A DNA stretch of 61,791 bases, filler included, from Bipalium vagum (taxonomy: Eukaryota): NCBI GenBank assembly GCA_037834085.1. It is 3 parts of 3 records of this genome, joined end to end, with 100 filler letters (N's around TTAATTAATTAA, not from the genome) between each part and the next. Parts side by side here need not be neighbours in the genome. Positions count along the whole stretch, not along the records: positions 22,906 to 42,901 come from JBBMKC010262809.1; positions 43,002 to 61,791 come from JBBMKC010019379.1; 1 more part is not named here. One strand, 5' to 3'. Below the pieces are notes generated by a model. It made no database searches and had not been told where the DNA came from. It saw only the letters and a list, made by a program, of their open reading frames with translations. Both the position numbers and the translations under genes were made by a program. Below, one piece after another: positions 37,801 to 50,185 of the stretch (position 1 is its first letter; the number at the start of each line of letters is the position of its first letter).

Positions 37801-39079
37801 TATACTCTATTTGTAAACAATTTTTTGATCAAGATAATTTTGCACAGCAAAAAATAAGAACGAGAAAAATTTTATTGCAATTTGTTTAAAAACTCGTTAA
37901 ATAAATTTCCATTTCTGTAGACAAAAAAAGTTGACCAAAATTTTGAAGCTGTTTAGAGTACATCTTTTACTTTAAACATTCACATGAACACAATTCTAAA
38001 GTCTAAAGATCCGGAGATCTTGCTGTCCATTCAATCCGACTTCTTCTTCATTTACATCTACCTCGTACATTTTTAATCAACAATTTTAGTACTATCAACG
38101 AATAGTATGCTGACTCTCCATTCTTTTGGAAAATTATCTTTGAGGCCTGGCATTTATGTTGTATAAATCATCAAAAATGATTATTTGGTATCTCAAGGTA
38201 ATCTCCATTTGGATTTTCATGAAAAAGTAAAACATAATGATAGAGACTTATGACATGACACACCAAATATTAACTTTCGTAGAATTCAAACTTTTCCGTT
38301 ATCTTACCAGTTCTCCATGTCCCATAGTTAATTTTGTGAAGATAAACGAATAATTAGATAGTGAATTCATCAGACAAAATATTAATTTTTCGAAAGATGG
38401 CTCATTCAGATAGAGCAAGGGGTCATCAGCAGTTTGGATATCTCTGTTAAGTTCGTCTTCATTCAAATAATGTTCCATGTGCATTTTATATGAATGAACA
38501 AATAATTCTTTGTAAATATAGTTTCAAATGTTCGACTGATTCATTTTTGTTTCGGCAGAAATTGTTCTTAAAGTGGACTTAGCATCTCGTTGAAAATTGC
38601 CTTGATTTGAGATATATTTTCTTTCAATACTTTTTCGATCTTCCACTCCTGGTAGATCTGCAATCGATTCATTTAAATAAAATTCTTATGAATTGCATTA
38701 ATTGTCACTCGGATTGAATTCTCCTTGTATCATTCAGATTTTGCAAAAAGAATCACAATTCGAACTTTTACATTTAAAAAGCCACGATGTTCATGCTTAA
38801 ATTGATCAATTAAAACAATTTTTAATACTCGTTTGAATAAATGTAAAACATTAATAGAAAATTGAAATCGATGTATTACTCTAAAAATGTGTGGTGACTT
38901 ATTAAACGTGCGGTATGTATAATATCAACTATGAATTTTATCTTTGAATTCCTCTCTTAACTTTCAAAGTCCATTCAAAACTAAAATTATAAAGAATGAT
39001 TAACTTGGTTAAATGTGTGTTTAAGTACTTTTGTTCGTGTATATTGTTGGTCCAAGACGTTGGTGAAGAAAAGGAAATC

Positions 39080-39220
39080 TCACTGAATGCAGTGAGAAAA
39101 TTAAATAAAAGTTTTTCCTCTTTTCGTTGCAAAATATGTATTGAAAAGGATAAAAAGTACCGAAAGTCGACGACGATTTGCATGAAAAAATGTGTAAAAA
39201 ACAATTACCATGTTAAACAA
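39080..39220 (+). mobile_element. Possible piggyBac C-terminal Cys-rich domain remnant
   Basis: RCKICIEKDKKYRKSTTICMKKC. Confidence 0.4.
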
Positions 39221-40797
39221 GATGAAGAGGCTTTTTTTTCGTCTCGTATCTCTTCGTCCTCTTCGAAGGAAAAAAGATAATATTTTCTCGTGACTGCAAA
39301 TCTACAAATATTCTTAAAAATCTCTGCAGATAAACTTTCTTTTTGTCTATGAACATTTGTAATCCTTTTTTCATTAATTTTAAAGTGTTAAAAGTACTTT
39401 CTGCCTTTAGGCGGGAATATGACCTACAATATGAAGACATACATGAATTAAGTGTTTTCCGGTCGTTGGAAAGGTGAAGCATGATTTTATAATTATGATT
39501 CTTAATTATTTTTATATTAATTAACAAAGACCGGTAAATCAATAATGTATCACAATAATGTATCACAATAATGTAACACAGGAAAGAACAAAATCAATTA
39601 TCAAGTCGACAAAACAATACCCAGTTAACAGAAAAACCGATCAACAAATTGTCAATTAAATTAATAGAAAACTATAAGATCAATTAATAATGTTCCAATC
39701 AATTAAATCGCCAACTAAAAGAAACAAACCAAATATAAAATAACACAAGAAAAATAAACAGGAAATACATTCTTTTCTTCATTTTGTCATTCTCAGATCC
39801 GTGGATCACTAGCTGAGCTCCTACAGTTCACACAGAAATATTCCCCTGGTTGGGAATCTGAACATCATCTAATCGTCTGATAAAAAGCAAGAATAAAGAA
39901 ATACTTTATCTATCCTTGATAAAAAATATCTTCTACCAAATAATCTTCTTCATTTGACAAATTGATTTTCACTGCACTGAGGATGTTTAATCATCAATGA
40001 GAAATGCTTCTCATTTCATATTAAAATGTCGTAGTCCTGGAGCTGCCCGATTTTACTTAACTGAAATCAATACTCCTTAATTAAAATTCAATTTCCAATT
40101 GTAGTATTATCGATTATTTTTGAGTATTCTTTACAATTTCTTCAATGACTCAAAATTTAAAAGATATTTTTTACATTTAGTAATTTAGTAATAAATTTAG
40201 TGTTTATGTTTAGAAGTGATTTTAATTAAAATTAATTAATATTTAATTACTTTTTACTAAAGTCATTGATATTCTAGGAGTTTCGGAGCTTTTGCGACAT
40301 TTATAATCACCTCTTCGAGTTCTGCTCAAGCCTAACTCAAGTATTAAAATAATTAAAATAATTTTATGAACTTAATTCCGTATTCACATTTATCTAGAGA
40401 GCCCGAAACATTCCCAATGTCTTAGATTTTCTGAATCCATACTTGTTCATAAATAATTGGATTATTTCTGCCTCGTAAAACCACAAGTCATTTTGGAGAG
40501 TCTTTTTTTCTGAGCACAGTATACTCGTTTCGGTTCAGCCCATTAACTTAGCCTTAACGTATATTTTGTTATATGTAGTAAATTTGTACTCAGTTCCCGT
40601 TTGAACCAAGTCTAAAGCTCTTTCCTAAGAGTAAGAAAAGCCAAAGAAGCTAAATTTATTTTGTAAACGTAAACATCGATATTGTAACAATACACAAACG
40701 AAAAAGAACATGGAAATAAATAAATTAAATTAAATGAGTCCAAAAACTACTTTCTAAGTTATGATTTTCCTAAGCTTAAGCAAAAATGTCTTCTAAT

Positions 40798-41549
40798 CTA
40801 AGTCGGAAAATATCTTAACCAAACTCCTTGACGTTGGTGTTCGGCTGACAAAGCACTGTCGACGAAGTTGGACAGGACGCAGTTATTCCCAACTTTTGAG
40901 GCCAGAAAATAGAATGACTTGCAGTATGGAGAATTGAGACAGCTGAAGCACGATAAAAGTATTACTATCAAAATATTTAATGTACGGCTTACCTTATTCC
41001 ACATGCAAGTTTCGATTTTGAGACCATTTCTGTGAAGCATCCATTTTTTGTTCTTTTAAAATACATGCTTCTATCTTTTATGAATTGTCGATAAGTTTGG
41101 ATTTTTACTTTTTCCTTAACGCAAATTACTTCATTTCTAGCATTACATGATCCATCAAATATATGACGCCCGTAAAACCTTACACAATCACCGTAACCAT
41201 TTTGAATTTCATTTGGTTGATCAAATCTCCACAAGTCGATATCCTTGAACTCTGAACCATCTCCTTGACGCCAGCCTGTTTTATTTGTTAATCTTTCATA
41301 CAGAAGATCATTGATACTAGTCCAATATGCTCTGATTCTTAAAAGACTCTCTTGGATAACTTTAATTTCATGTCCTAAAAGCAGTCGCCCACCTTCATTT
41401 ACACAAGTCATCCAACTATCACAAAAATCTGTTTGAATATTTTTGTGAGAAAAACAGACGTTTTGCTTTAACGAATAAGGCTTTGGACAAGTGCAGTGAA
41501 CCTTGTAAAACCAGTGCAGCAAAGTAATGAAGACCCAAGTCAAACTCAT
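40798..41549 (-). CDS. Secreted C-type lectin + PAN/Apple domain protein, paralog 2 (exons 41549-40993 and 40942-40798; 233 aa)
   Basis: Signal peptide; CTLD with YWT, WRFDQPN, DC, DGSC and VIC; PAN-like SKLACGISCLNSPYCKSFY..NCVL. A 50-nt GTAAG...CAG phase-2 intron sits at the same position as in paralog 1. Confidence 0.9.
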
Positions 41550-41583
41550 TGCAATAAATGACAGAATCGTTTAAGGAATTCGT

Positions 41584-41630
41584 CTTTTATTCTTTCGGTT
41601 ACATTTGAGACCAATGGAAAAATGTCCAAT
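41584..41630 (-). promoter_or_regulatory. TATA-like + double CCAAT box promoter of lectin paralog 2
   Basis: AATAAAAG (minus) at about 41584-41591; CCAAT at 41611 and 41626. Confidence 0.55.
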
Positions 41631-42901
41631 GACGATTCAGAAAACTTTCAGAAAATTCTAATGTCAGTATATTTATAAAATGGAACACAAATCAGTTCAT
41701 TTTTATCAATTCACTTTTGTGTCTTTAACAACTTCCTTTGTGGCTATTTTCACTGGTTCCGGTTCTTCATTGTGTTGGCTTCTTGTCATTTCTTTAAATA
41801 ATTGCATATCACAACCATATCACCATTTCTTGTTATTGTTTCTATTGTTTCTATAGTAATGGTCCCACAACATCCATCGCTATCATTTCCATTGGTACTG
41901 AGTTTGATTATTTTTAATTATTATATATTTTTGGTTATTCGATTTGTGGTAACTCACGTAAACACAACAAATACCACCAGTTCAAACCAAACCGCCCAAA
42001 TCAATGTCAACAAAAGATGTCCCAACCAAAGATCAAACTAATCAATAACATTTTATTTTGTGATTACCTTAAACCATGATTTTGTAATTTCCATTAAATC
42101 CATTCATGTGAATAATATCTTTTGTTTGTTAATAAAATTTTGTAGAGGTATTTTACTATTTGGTGAAATTATAATGCAAATCGTCTTTGATGGATGTGTA
42201 TAATTTTAAAAAATAATAAAAATCAACAAATAGATAAATAAGTAATAATAATATTATATATTAAAAAATAATAATAATTTAATGTACATATTTGTGTATT
42301 TGTAAATAAAGAAAATGTTAAAGGGCAAATGAAAATTACTAACAATTGTTGGGTTTACCCAAGACGGGGAAAAATAAGTAATAAAAACTATAAGTAAGGT
42401 ATAAATACTAATAATGATAATAATAATATTATTATTAATATTAATAATTAAAATTAATTAATACTCGAAAAGTAATTGAAAATTTCACAGGAATTTTATT
42501 TTTGAAATACTTAAAAAAATAAGATAACACTCGAAAATAATTTGTATTCCAGAAGAAGCCTGAAAGAGGTATTTTAATAAAGAATAGGGGTCATAATGAA
42601 ATAATTTTCAGGGAATTCTTAGGGAGTTTTGGAATTTTGATAAAATTTTTAGAATTCCAAGTATAATTTTTGAGAATATCTGAAGAATATTTCCCAGATG
42701 ATGATCAGTCCCAAATAGTATATAAGCGGAGGGATTTCAGTAGATTTTCGCCCCTCAGAGAACGTGAATAGAAGTTATTCGAGAAATTATTCGGAAGTTA
42801 TTCAACGTATTCATTCGAGCAGAAGAGTTATTCGAAACATTCGTTCAAGCAGAAGAAGTGTTTTCAAGTATATTCAAACTTTTATTATTGGACTGTGCTT
42901 A

Positions 42902-43001
42902 NNNNNNNNNNNNNNNNNNNNNNNNNNNNNNNNNNNNNNNNNNNNTTAATTAATTAANNNNNNNNNNNNNNNNNNNNNNNNNNNNNNNNNNNNNNNNNNN
43001 N
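42902..43001. other. Artificial contig-joining spacer (44N-TTAATTAATTAA-44N)
   Basis: Identical to the spacer at 22806-22905. Confidence 0.97.
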
Positions 43002-43070
<69 letters not shown>

Positions 43071-43089
43071 TAATAATAATAATAATAAT
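43002..43089. repeat. (AAT)n microsatellite at contig start
   Basis: Near-perfect AAT array. Confidence 0.95.
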
Positions 43090-43306
43090 GTATGTATAAT
43101 AATGTATAAATAGTTCAAAATTTGCTTAAGCACAATATCGGTTTTTTGGGAAACATTTTTGGTTTGAATGTTGAGTTTTTATTAAAAGTTGTGTTTAAAG
43201 ACCGCAGTCATATAAATCATTCGGAAATAAGTATAAATCCACCCAACAAATGTTGTTTAAATATTCAGTTCACAATTTTTGTTGAATATATTGCAAATAG
43301 AAATAA

Positions 43307-43440
43307 AATGTGACAAGGAACTAAATTGGCTGTCTCGAAGCGAGCTAAAATCGACATTTTGATAAAATCTGGATTTGGAATTAGGACGATTGCAACTGAG
43401 AAAAATAGAAATCACGGTGTTGTGAATGATATATAAGATG
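43307..43440 (+). mobile_element. Tc3-like transposase N-terminal HTH remnant
   Basis: M*QGTKLAVSKRAKIDILIKSGFGIRTIATEKNRNHGVV resembles the Tc3 N-terminus. Confidence 0.55.
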
Positions 43441-43599
43441 TTACATAATATATTATTAGGAAGAAAAATAAAAGAAAAAGAATTTCTTGTTGTGGTATTG
43501 GATTTTCAATTGTTTCAAAATTGAAAAAAAAGAAAATTAATGGTTAAAATAAATTGTCTTAACTTAGATTAAAGGTTTTCGAAATAATAAATTTAGTCT

Positions 43600-44290
43600 T
43601 AATACAATCTTTGGGTTTCTATATTCAAATATTGATATTTTTTGTAAAATAACGATTATGGATATTAACATGTTTAACATCAGCATGGTGACGTCATCTG
43701 TCAATCTACAATTATGGAAATCAAATGCTAATGATACATCGTCGAACTGTGAGTATATTACAACCATTATTTCCAGAAGCTCGTCTGATGTTCCTGGTAT
43801 AAAGAAATAATAGATTTATATTCTGCTTTCATCCACCGTCATAAAGCTGTCATTTTTTTGAAAAAATTTTCTTCATTTTCAATTTTTATTTATCACAATA
43901 TTATGTTCCAAACATGCTACACCTGAAAATGTTAGTGTTAGAAATTGATCTTTTACTCAAGAAATATTCGAATTTTGTCGTTCATAAATTGAATTGAACT
44001 TTTACAGAAAATAAGCCTTAAATCAATTATAGATGTACTGTTATCATCCAAAACCTGTCGCTTTGTTGCTGCACACTGTTTTATGTCGTTCTCAGAGAAT
44101 TTGATTCAACAGTCTTCAAATCTTAATCGTGTATCTTCAACCAGGTTTATATATTTAAGGCAGACATTTCCTGTTCTGTATTTGGCATTTTCCATTATAT
44201 CATACTTTTCCATACAACTTTGAAATAGCTTACGCGATCTTTGTTCTATTGGAGTTTTGTCTAAAGTTAAGCAGAGTTTTATGTTCTTCA
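43600..44290 (-). mobile_element. Possible hAT transposase remnant
   Basis: SFMTVDES resembles the first catalytic Asp motif; the rest is heavily degraded. Confidence 0.3.
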
Positions 44291-44396
44291 TTTAATGTCA
44301 TTACTAAAATCATGCATAAATTATTTCACTTAATAAATTTAATACAATTATGAACATTGTGCTGACCACCCATGCACCAAATAAATTATATTGATT

Positions 44397-44800
44397 TATT
44401 GGGTAGTCATAAAAGTTTTTTTTCGTATTTTATAAATTTTTATAAAAATTTTGAGGGTGAATGTTATATTTAATTAAATATTAATGTTTCACATTAAAAT
44501 ATTTAAAAAAAGATTTTTTCTAAATTTAACCAGATTGTCATTTATTTATATATTTGCCGAACATTCTCGACGGGGTTAAGTTCAACTCGATGGAGGAATG
44601 TAAAGATAATTTGCGGTACAATTTTCTCCAAAGTCTAATTAAAATTTTCCGTGATGGAATAATAACTACACTTGAAAATTGATACATGATTATCGATATA
44701 AAAGTTCAATATATGGTTTAAATAGATACTTTTATTCCAGTGTTTTTATTTATTTTTAATGTTCTATAAAATACGGAAATCTTTTCTCTCCGAACCAATA
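44397..44800 (+). mobile_element. mariner deletion derivative (about 400 bp)
   Basis: Imperfect TIRs TATTGG...CGTATTTTAT at both ends; interior reads LDGVKFNSMEECKDNL...IFRDGI, the mariner C-terminus. Confidence 0.7.
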
Positions 44801-46034
44801 AATAAAAAATATTCAATGTAAAAATCTGGAAAAATTAATAAAGTGAAACAAGAATTCAATAATATTGTCGAATATTAATTAACATTAATCTTCATTGATC
44901 TATTTTTCTGAGGTTTCCTAATTCATTGTGAAATTAGTTCTTTCGTTGAGAATTTTCTATCTTATTTCATATCTTTTATTTCGTCGACCGATGAAATTTA
45001 TTTCTTTTTCCACAAACATTTCATTTGACCTATTCGGTTTTAAATATTAACTTCCTCTATTAATTCTAATAAGCTTCTACAACAACAGCAAATCAGATAA
45101 TAATATACTATTTTTGAGGAAGTCTGTCAAAAGCCAAAATTGTTACGATCCATGCAGACTGCATTGAAAGAATGTTAGAGTTGAAAATGGGTTATTTACC
45201 CAACAAATATACAAATTGATTAATTTATCGAAATCCAGAGAAAAATAAGACAAAAATCTGTTATCTTCCTCTCTGCCATTTGTTTTCATGGATAAAGCTG
45301 TTTCACCAATATTTTTCCTAAACTGCAACAGCCAATGAAATTTGGACAATTATTTCCCATTTATTTTCCCAACAATTTCCTATTCTATCAATTCTTAAAA
45401 AAATAGTCTCTGTCCGTGTGCGTGCATGTATGGTGAACGTCATATACTTCACGTGTTTCCACACACATACAATTCCATGGATTTATCACGAAAAACGGTA
45501 GCGTGTGCTTTTGTGAGTATGTGTGTCTGTTTCTGTATGTATATAAGCATGCGCGCCGTAGTGAAGTTATTGACAATTTAATCATTGGTAAGCAAACTCA
45601 CTACGACAACGATTGGAAAAATTTAAAACTAAACTGTCCAAAAAAATTATCGATAATAATTCCTGTTAAAGAAAAATCGATAATTTAAAAAAATCCATAT
45701 CTGTTTGTTGGTTGTCAGAACGTCATTTTTTTAACATTTTGTCCAATTGAACAAATCAGTTGACGAGATTTTTTGATTTTTAGTCAATATTCATGGAATT
45801 TTTGTCAAATCGATTTCGAAAAACAGCGTTGCAGATTTGAATGGACAAATAGCCATAAATGACCAAATAATAGAAGTAAGATTTTATTGTGTTGCAATCG
45901 TTTGGAACTATTCTCTTTGGTTTTGAGCTCTAACTTTTTCCTGGACAAAGTTGTCTAGTAATAATAATAATATTGATTTTTTAGTCTTATTGGCGATTTA
46001 AAGTTATGTTTAAACCAGAGCCAGATTCTTAATA

Positions 46035-47706
46035 TTAGGTTGTCCGATAATTTTGTTTTTTTTTCATTAACGAGTGCCAGAGTAACAGTAATTTTTATTT
46101 TATATATTATTAATATTGTAAAACAGATTTTAATTTGTTTTGTTTCATTTATTTTGAAAATTAAAAATGTGAGGAGTATTCAAAATATTTATTTTAAAAA
46201 ATCAATTAGACCACTACAAAGAATTAGATAAACATCGCATCCACGCAAATAATTTATAATTTTGATCACAGTTTTTGCATGATGATTTTGAATATTTTCT
46301 CGCGGTTGGAATTGAAAGAGGACGTCGACAAAACAAATTATCTACCTCATTTTTTTCTGAGGAAATTATACACCTATAGAGGCCAACTATGACCGGATTT
46401 TTTATAATCATCAGGGAATTCAAATGAATGTTTGAAATAAGATGTTGGTGAATAGTTTGATTAATGAAAGGGGTTACAACAATGAGAAAATCCATCCCAT
46501 GTATACTACATAGATAATTTAATAAATAGTGAGCATCCATGTTCATAGAAAGTTATATACATAGATCAAAACTTGATAATATGAAGGAACTAAGAGGAAG
46601 TTGAGATCAGAAAATTGAGTTGATAATGCGACATGAACAAGTTTTTTATGACAGTTATCCTTAACCGCAGTTTGAACAAGATGAATTTAATTTGTTTTGC
46701 TGCATTAATTTTTTATGCCGCACTTTTGAAAAAGGAAAAACCAGAATAGAAATTTAAGCGTATCTCATTATTATTTCAAAACCGCTTCAGAGAAATCGAA
46801 AACGATATGTAGCTTATGGCAAAGATTCGGTAAGAGATACTTGTCAGATTTGGTTTATAAAATTTCATCTGGAAATTTTCAATTTTAAGATGCATCACGC
46901 TCTGATAGGTCAATGAAAAATAATGAGGACAATTTGTGATTTCGCAGTGAAGTTGAATTCATTAAGAACTATTGATCATTACTGTGTTATTCCAAAAAAC
47001 ATGATATATGGGTTCCACATAAACTGAACGAATCAAGATGCGTAACAGTATATCTAAACCTAATCAGAACAGTCCATTTTTGAAAATCCTGATGATGGAT
47101 GTTGGAAAATGGATTATTTACGTTAAATTTCAGCACATAAGACAGACCTACTGATATACCTCAAACTATAGTAAAACTTGATTTGTACTTAAAAGTTATG
47201 TTATCTCTATGGTTGGATTAGAAGAATTTGTATACTTTGAATTCTTACCATATTACAGAACAACTGGTTTCAAAGTATACTGTCAGGAACTGTCTAAATT
47301 AAAGAAATGTCTGTAGTAGAAGCTACAAGAATTGATAAACCGTAGATATTTGTGTTCATAATAAAAGCAGACGTTCTGAAACCTCTTTACTCAATTTTCA
47401 GAAAATAATAAAACTTTAATTATGTTCTGCTATGTGAATCTAACAGTCCTGACATTGGGACAACAGATTATCACCCTTTCTCTTTATACAAGACTCTTTA
47501 ACTTTGAAGACTTGTAGCGTTGATGGCACACCTCAAAGATTTTTACTGGAAAAAATAAAACATTTTACAAAGACAAAATAATGAAATTTCCCAAGAGATG
47601 GAAAAGCTCATTGATAAACACTATATGTCTAATAATAAAATGCTCCCATTCTAAGAAATGTCTTCATGTTATCGTAGAAAGGGAAAGGATTTTCTGGACA
47701 GCCTAA
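46035..47706 (+). mobile_element. Degenerate mariner with a nested insertion
   Basis: Ends TTAGGTTGTCC and GGACAGCCTAA; motifs WVPHKL, PFLKILMMDVGKW, KVMLSLWLD and SPDIGATDYH. Confidence 0.75.
46280..46570 (+). mobile_element. Possible Merlin transposase remnant nested in the mariner
   Basis: VGIERG, RCW, ERGY and IESY motifs in the expected order. Confidence 0.35.
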
Positions 47707-48199
47707 AAATACTTTAGTATTGTATTTTATTGTTTTCTGGTAAAAATTGTTCTCAAAAACGTTCTCTATCGACCAGTCTTTCACCAGTGTACCGGTTGTA
47801 TACACGTACATGAATGTGAAGAAAAATAAAAGGGGAGAATTAAATTCTATTTGGAAAAAAATCCAGTAACACGCAATGAATAACGAAGGAAAATTTCTGT
47901 TCAAAACATTTATCACTCTCTCAATAGTCATAAAATCTATGAGACAAAACGATTTTTTGTTTTTTCAACGATTCTGAAAATGTTTAATATAATTATAAAA
48001 TAATAATTTTTTAGTTTACATTGATTTTTCTCGTTTTAGTTAATGTCTTTGAATTTGGTACGCGTTACATAGTAATATTTAAACAAAGTTTCAGATTTTT
48101 TTTGTTTAAAATTACTAAAATAGAATAAATAATAACACAATCTTTTAGTTTATCTTTCTATTTAAATGTATCTTCCTCACATCAATTATTATAGTAAAT

Positions 48200-48545
48200 C
48201 ATCTGGGATGTCCTGTGGATTTTGAAAAATATATTTTAAGTGAAAAATTAGAAAAAATGTAAATACCTTTTTTAAACAAAATATGATTCATTCTTTTGAA
48301 ATACATTTCGCAATCGGTCGGGAAATTGATAGAAATTCGTTGACCTACGAACGAAGATCTGGGTATGTTTTCATAAATCAATGAATCTACTGTATTGCTT
48401 AAGGAATTCTTTTGTGATTTTAAAAAATGGTTATCCGAAGGTGCTGTGTTACGTGAGTATGTCGGATGAGCAACAAAGTTCAGTAATACTGTTGGACAAC
48501 TTGCCACATTAGTGTACGATGATCATGATAAAAGACAATGTCTAT
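48200..48545 (-). mobile_element. mariner C-terminal remnant
   Basis: VFYHD and HPTYSRNTAPSDNHFLKSQKNSL. Confidence 0.7.
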
Positions 48546-49149
48546 TCATTTGTCTATTCCAATCCCTTGGAATCAATGGGAATCAGAAGATGTAATAATC
48601 AAAAGGATTTTTATCAGAATTTTCATTGCTTTACTTTTTTACTCTTACTTTTTGTTAATGTTTTATACTGAATCTATTTCTCACTTCCTGTGAAAGAAAC
48701 ATTTTTATTTTCTTAAAGATATTTGAAAAGCCATAATTCTAAAAATTGATTTCTTTCTATCAGAATAGGAGATAACCCATAAATATTATCTACTGTTGAA
48801 TATTAATTTTTGAAATTATCGTGAAAAAAGCTTTTGAGAAAAATATTTTTCTCTTGGCCTAGAAAAACTTTTTACTTTAAAAAAAAGTTAATAATACTAA
48901 TCAGATGCAAAAAATCCTCAAGTCATTTGATAACCGAAAAATTAAATGAAAATATAACATTATGTCTTAGATTTTTTATTATAATTTAAGCAAGAAAAAG
49001 TTCATATTTTATATTCTTCAAACTTTACCGAATTGATTTCTACACAACAAAAAATGAAAAAAATTCATTAATAGATATTGTTTTAATTACTAAATTAAAA
49101 AAATTAAGAAAATATTTAATTAGGTCAGAAGAATTATTGATTTTAAAAA

Positions 49150-49434
49150 TTATTTTTTAAAATTGGAAAACATTTTTATTGCTTCCAAATCACGACTGCT
49201 AACTGATGGTTCACAATCAAAATTGCTAATCAAATCATCATTATCCAACTGCGATTGTCGATCACGAGGTTTTACTTCCAAACTAAGATCAACAGTTTTA
49301 AAACGTTTGTACCAACGAGATACAGTTGTATCACCTTCAGCATCACATATTTTTTTATTAGCCTCCATAGTAGAAAGTCCACGCTTCCAATAATAGCGAA
49401 TAAGAATTCGCAGTTCATTTCTATTTAAAGTCAT
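49150..49434 (-). mobile_element. mariner N-terminal HTH fragment
   Basis: MTLNRNELRILIRYYWKRG...ICDAEG..TVSRWYKRFK..DLSLE.KPR. Confidence 0.85.
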
Positions 49435-49683
49435 CTAAATTATTTATTTAGATAATAATTTAAGATATTTGTTTATATAAATGATTTGTGATAAATAAAA
49501 CCCATTTAACCTATTAATTACTTTATTAAATGGTTTACTTATATCTTATGAACTTTTAAAAAATGGGTTAATGAATATAATGATTTATAAATGTTTAAAC
49601 AAGCAGTGCTCAAATATTATTATTGATTAGATTTAATATTCTAATATTTTTCAAGTTTATGCCCCAGTCTAATATATCTAGAT

Positions 49684-50185
49684 AGGCCTTGAAAGGTCAT
49701 TTTTAAATTTAGCCAACCAATTTATAAAATTGGACATTTCATTTTTAAATATGTAAAGCTTCAATGATTAAGATACATTTTTCACAATAAATATATCAAG
49801 TGTAAATTTTATTGTATTTACTTGATAATTGTATCTTTTTACAGATGACAGTTCGAAAGAAAACTATGAAGTTAATCGTTCAATCATTTTCTAATTGGCA
49901 AACAAGCATAAAGAAATCGAAAATTTATTCGTTCTGGTCGAACAAACAACAAATCGAAAATTCGGAATCTGACTTCCTTCAAATTAAAGCGGAAGACTAT
50001 GGGATTCTTCATTCCTTCTAAAATGCCTCACAAAAGTTGAAATTATCCTTGGTTAATGTGAATGTAATGTTGACACGAATACACTGTATTGTTTGTTCAA
50101 ATTGCAATGAGCAAATCAGTAATATACAATAAAAATAAAATATCTGAAATGGTTGTAGAAATTTAAAAATGACCTGTCAAACCCT
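49684..50185. mobile_element. MITE / deleted Tc1-mariner element (about 500 bp)
   Basis: 36-bp TIRs, 30/36 identical (AGG..TTGA.AGGTCATTTTTAAATTT...CAACCA). Confidence 0.75.

Noticed and set aside
35600-38900. Coding-like minus-strand patches (35600-36050 and 37950-38900)
   Set aside because: Many stops and no motif I could assign confidently; probably old transposase debris.
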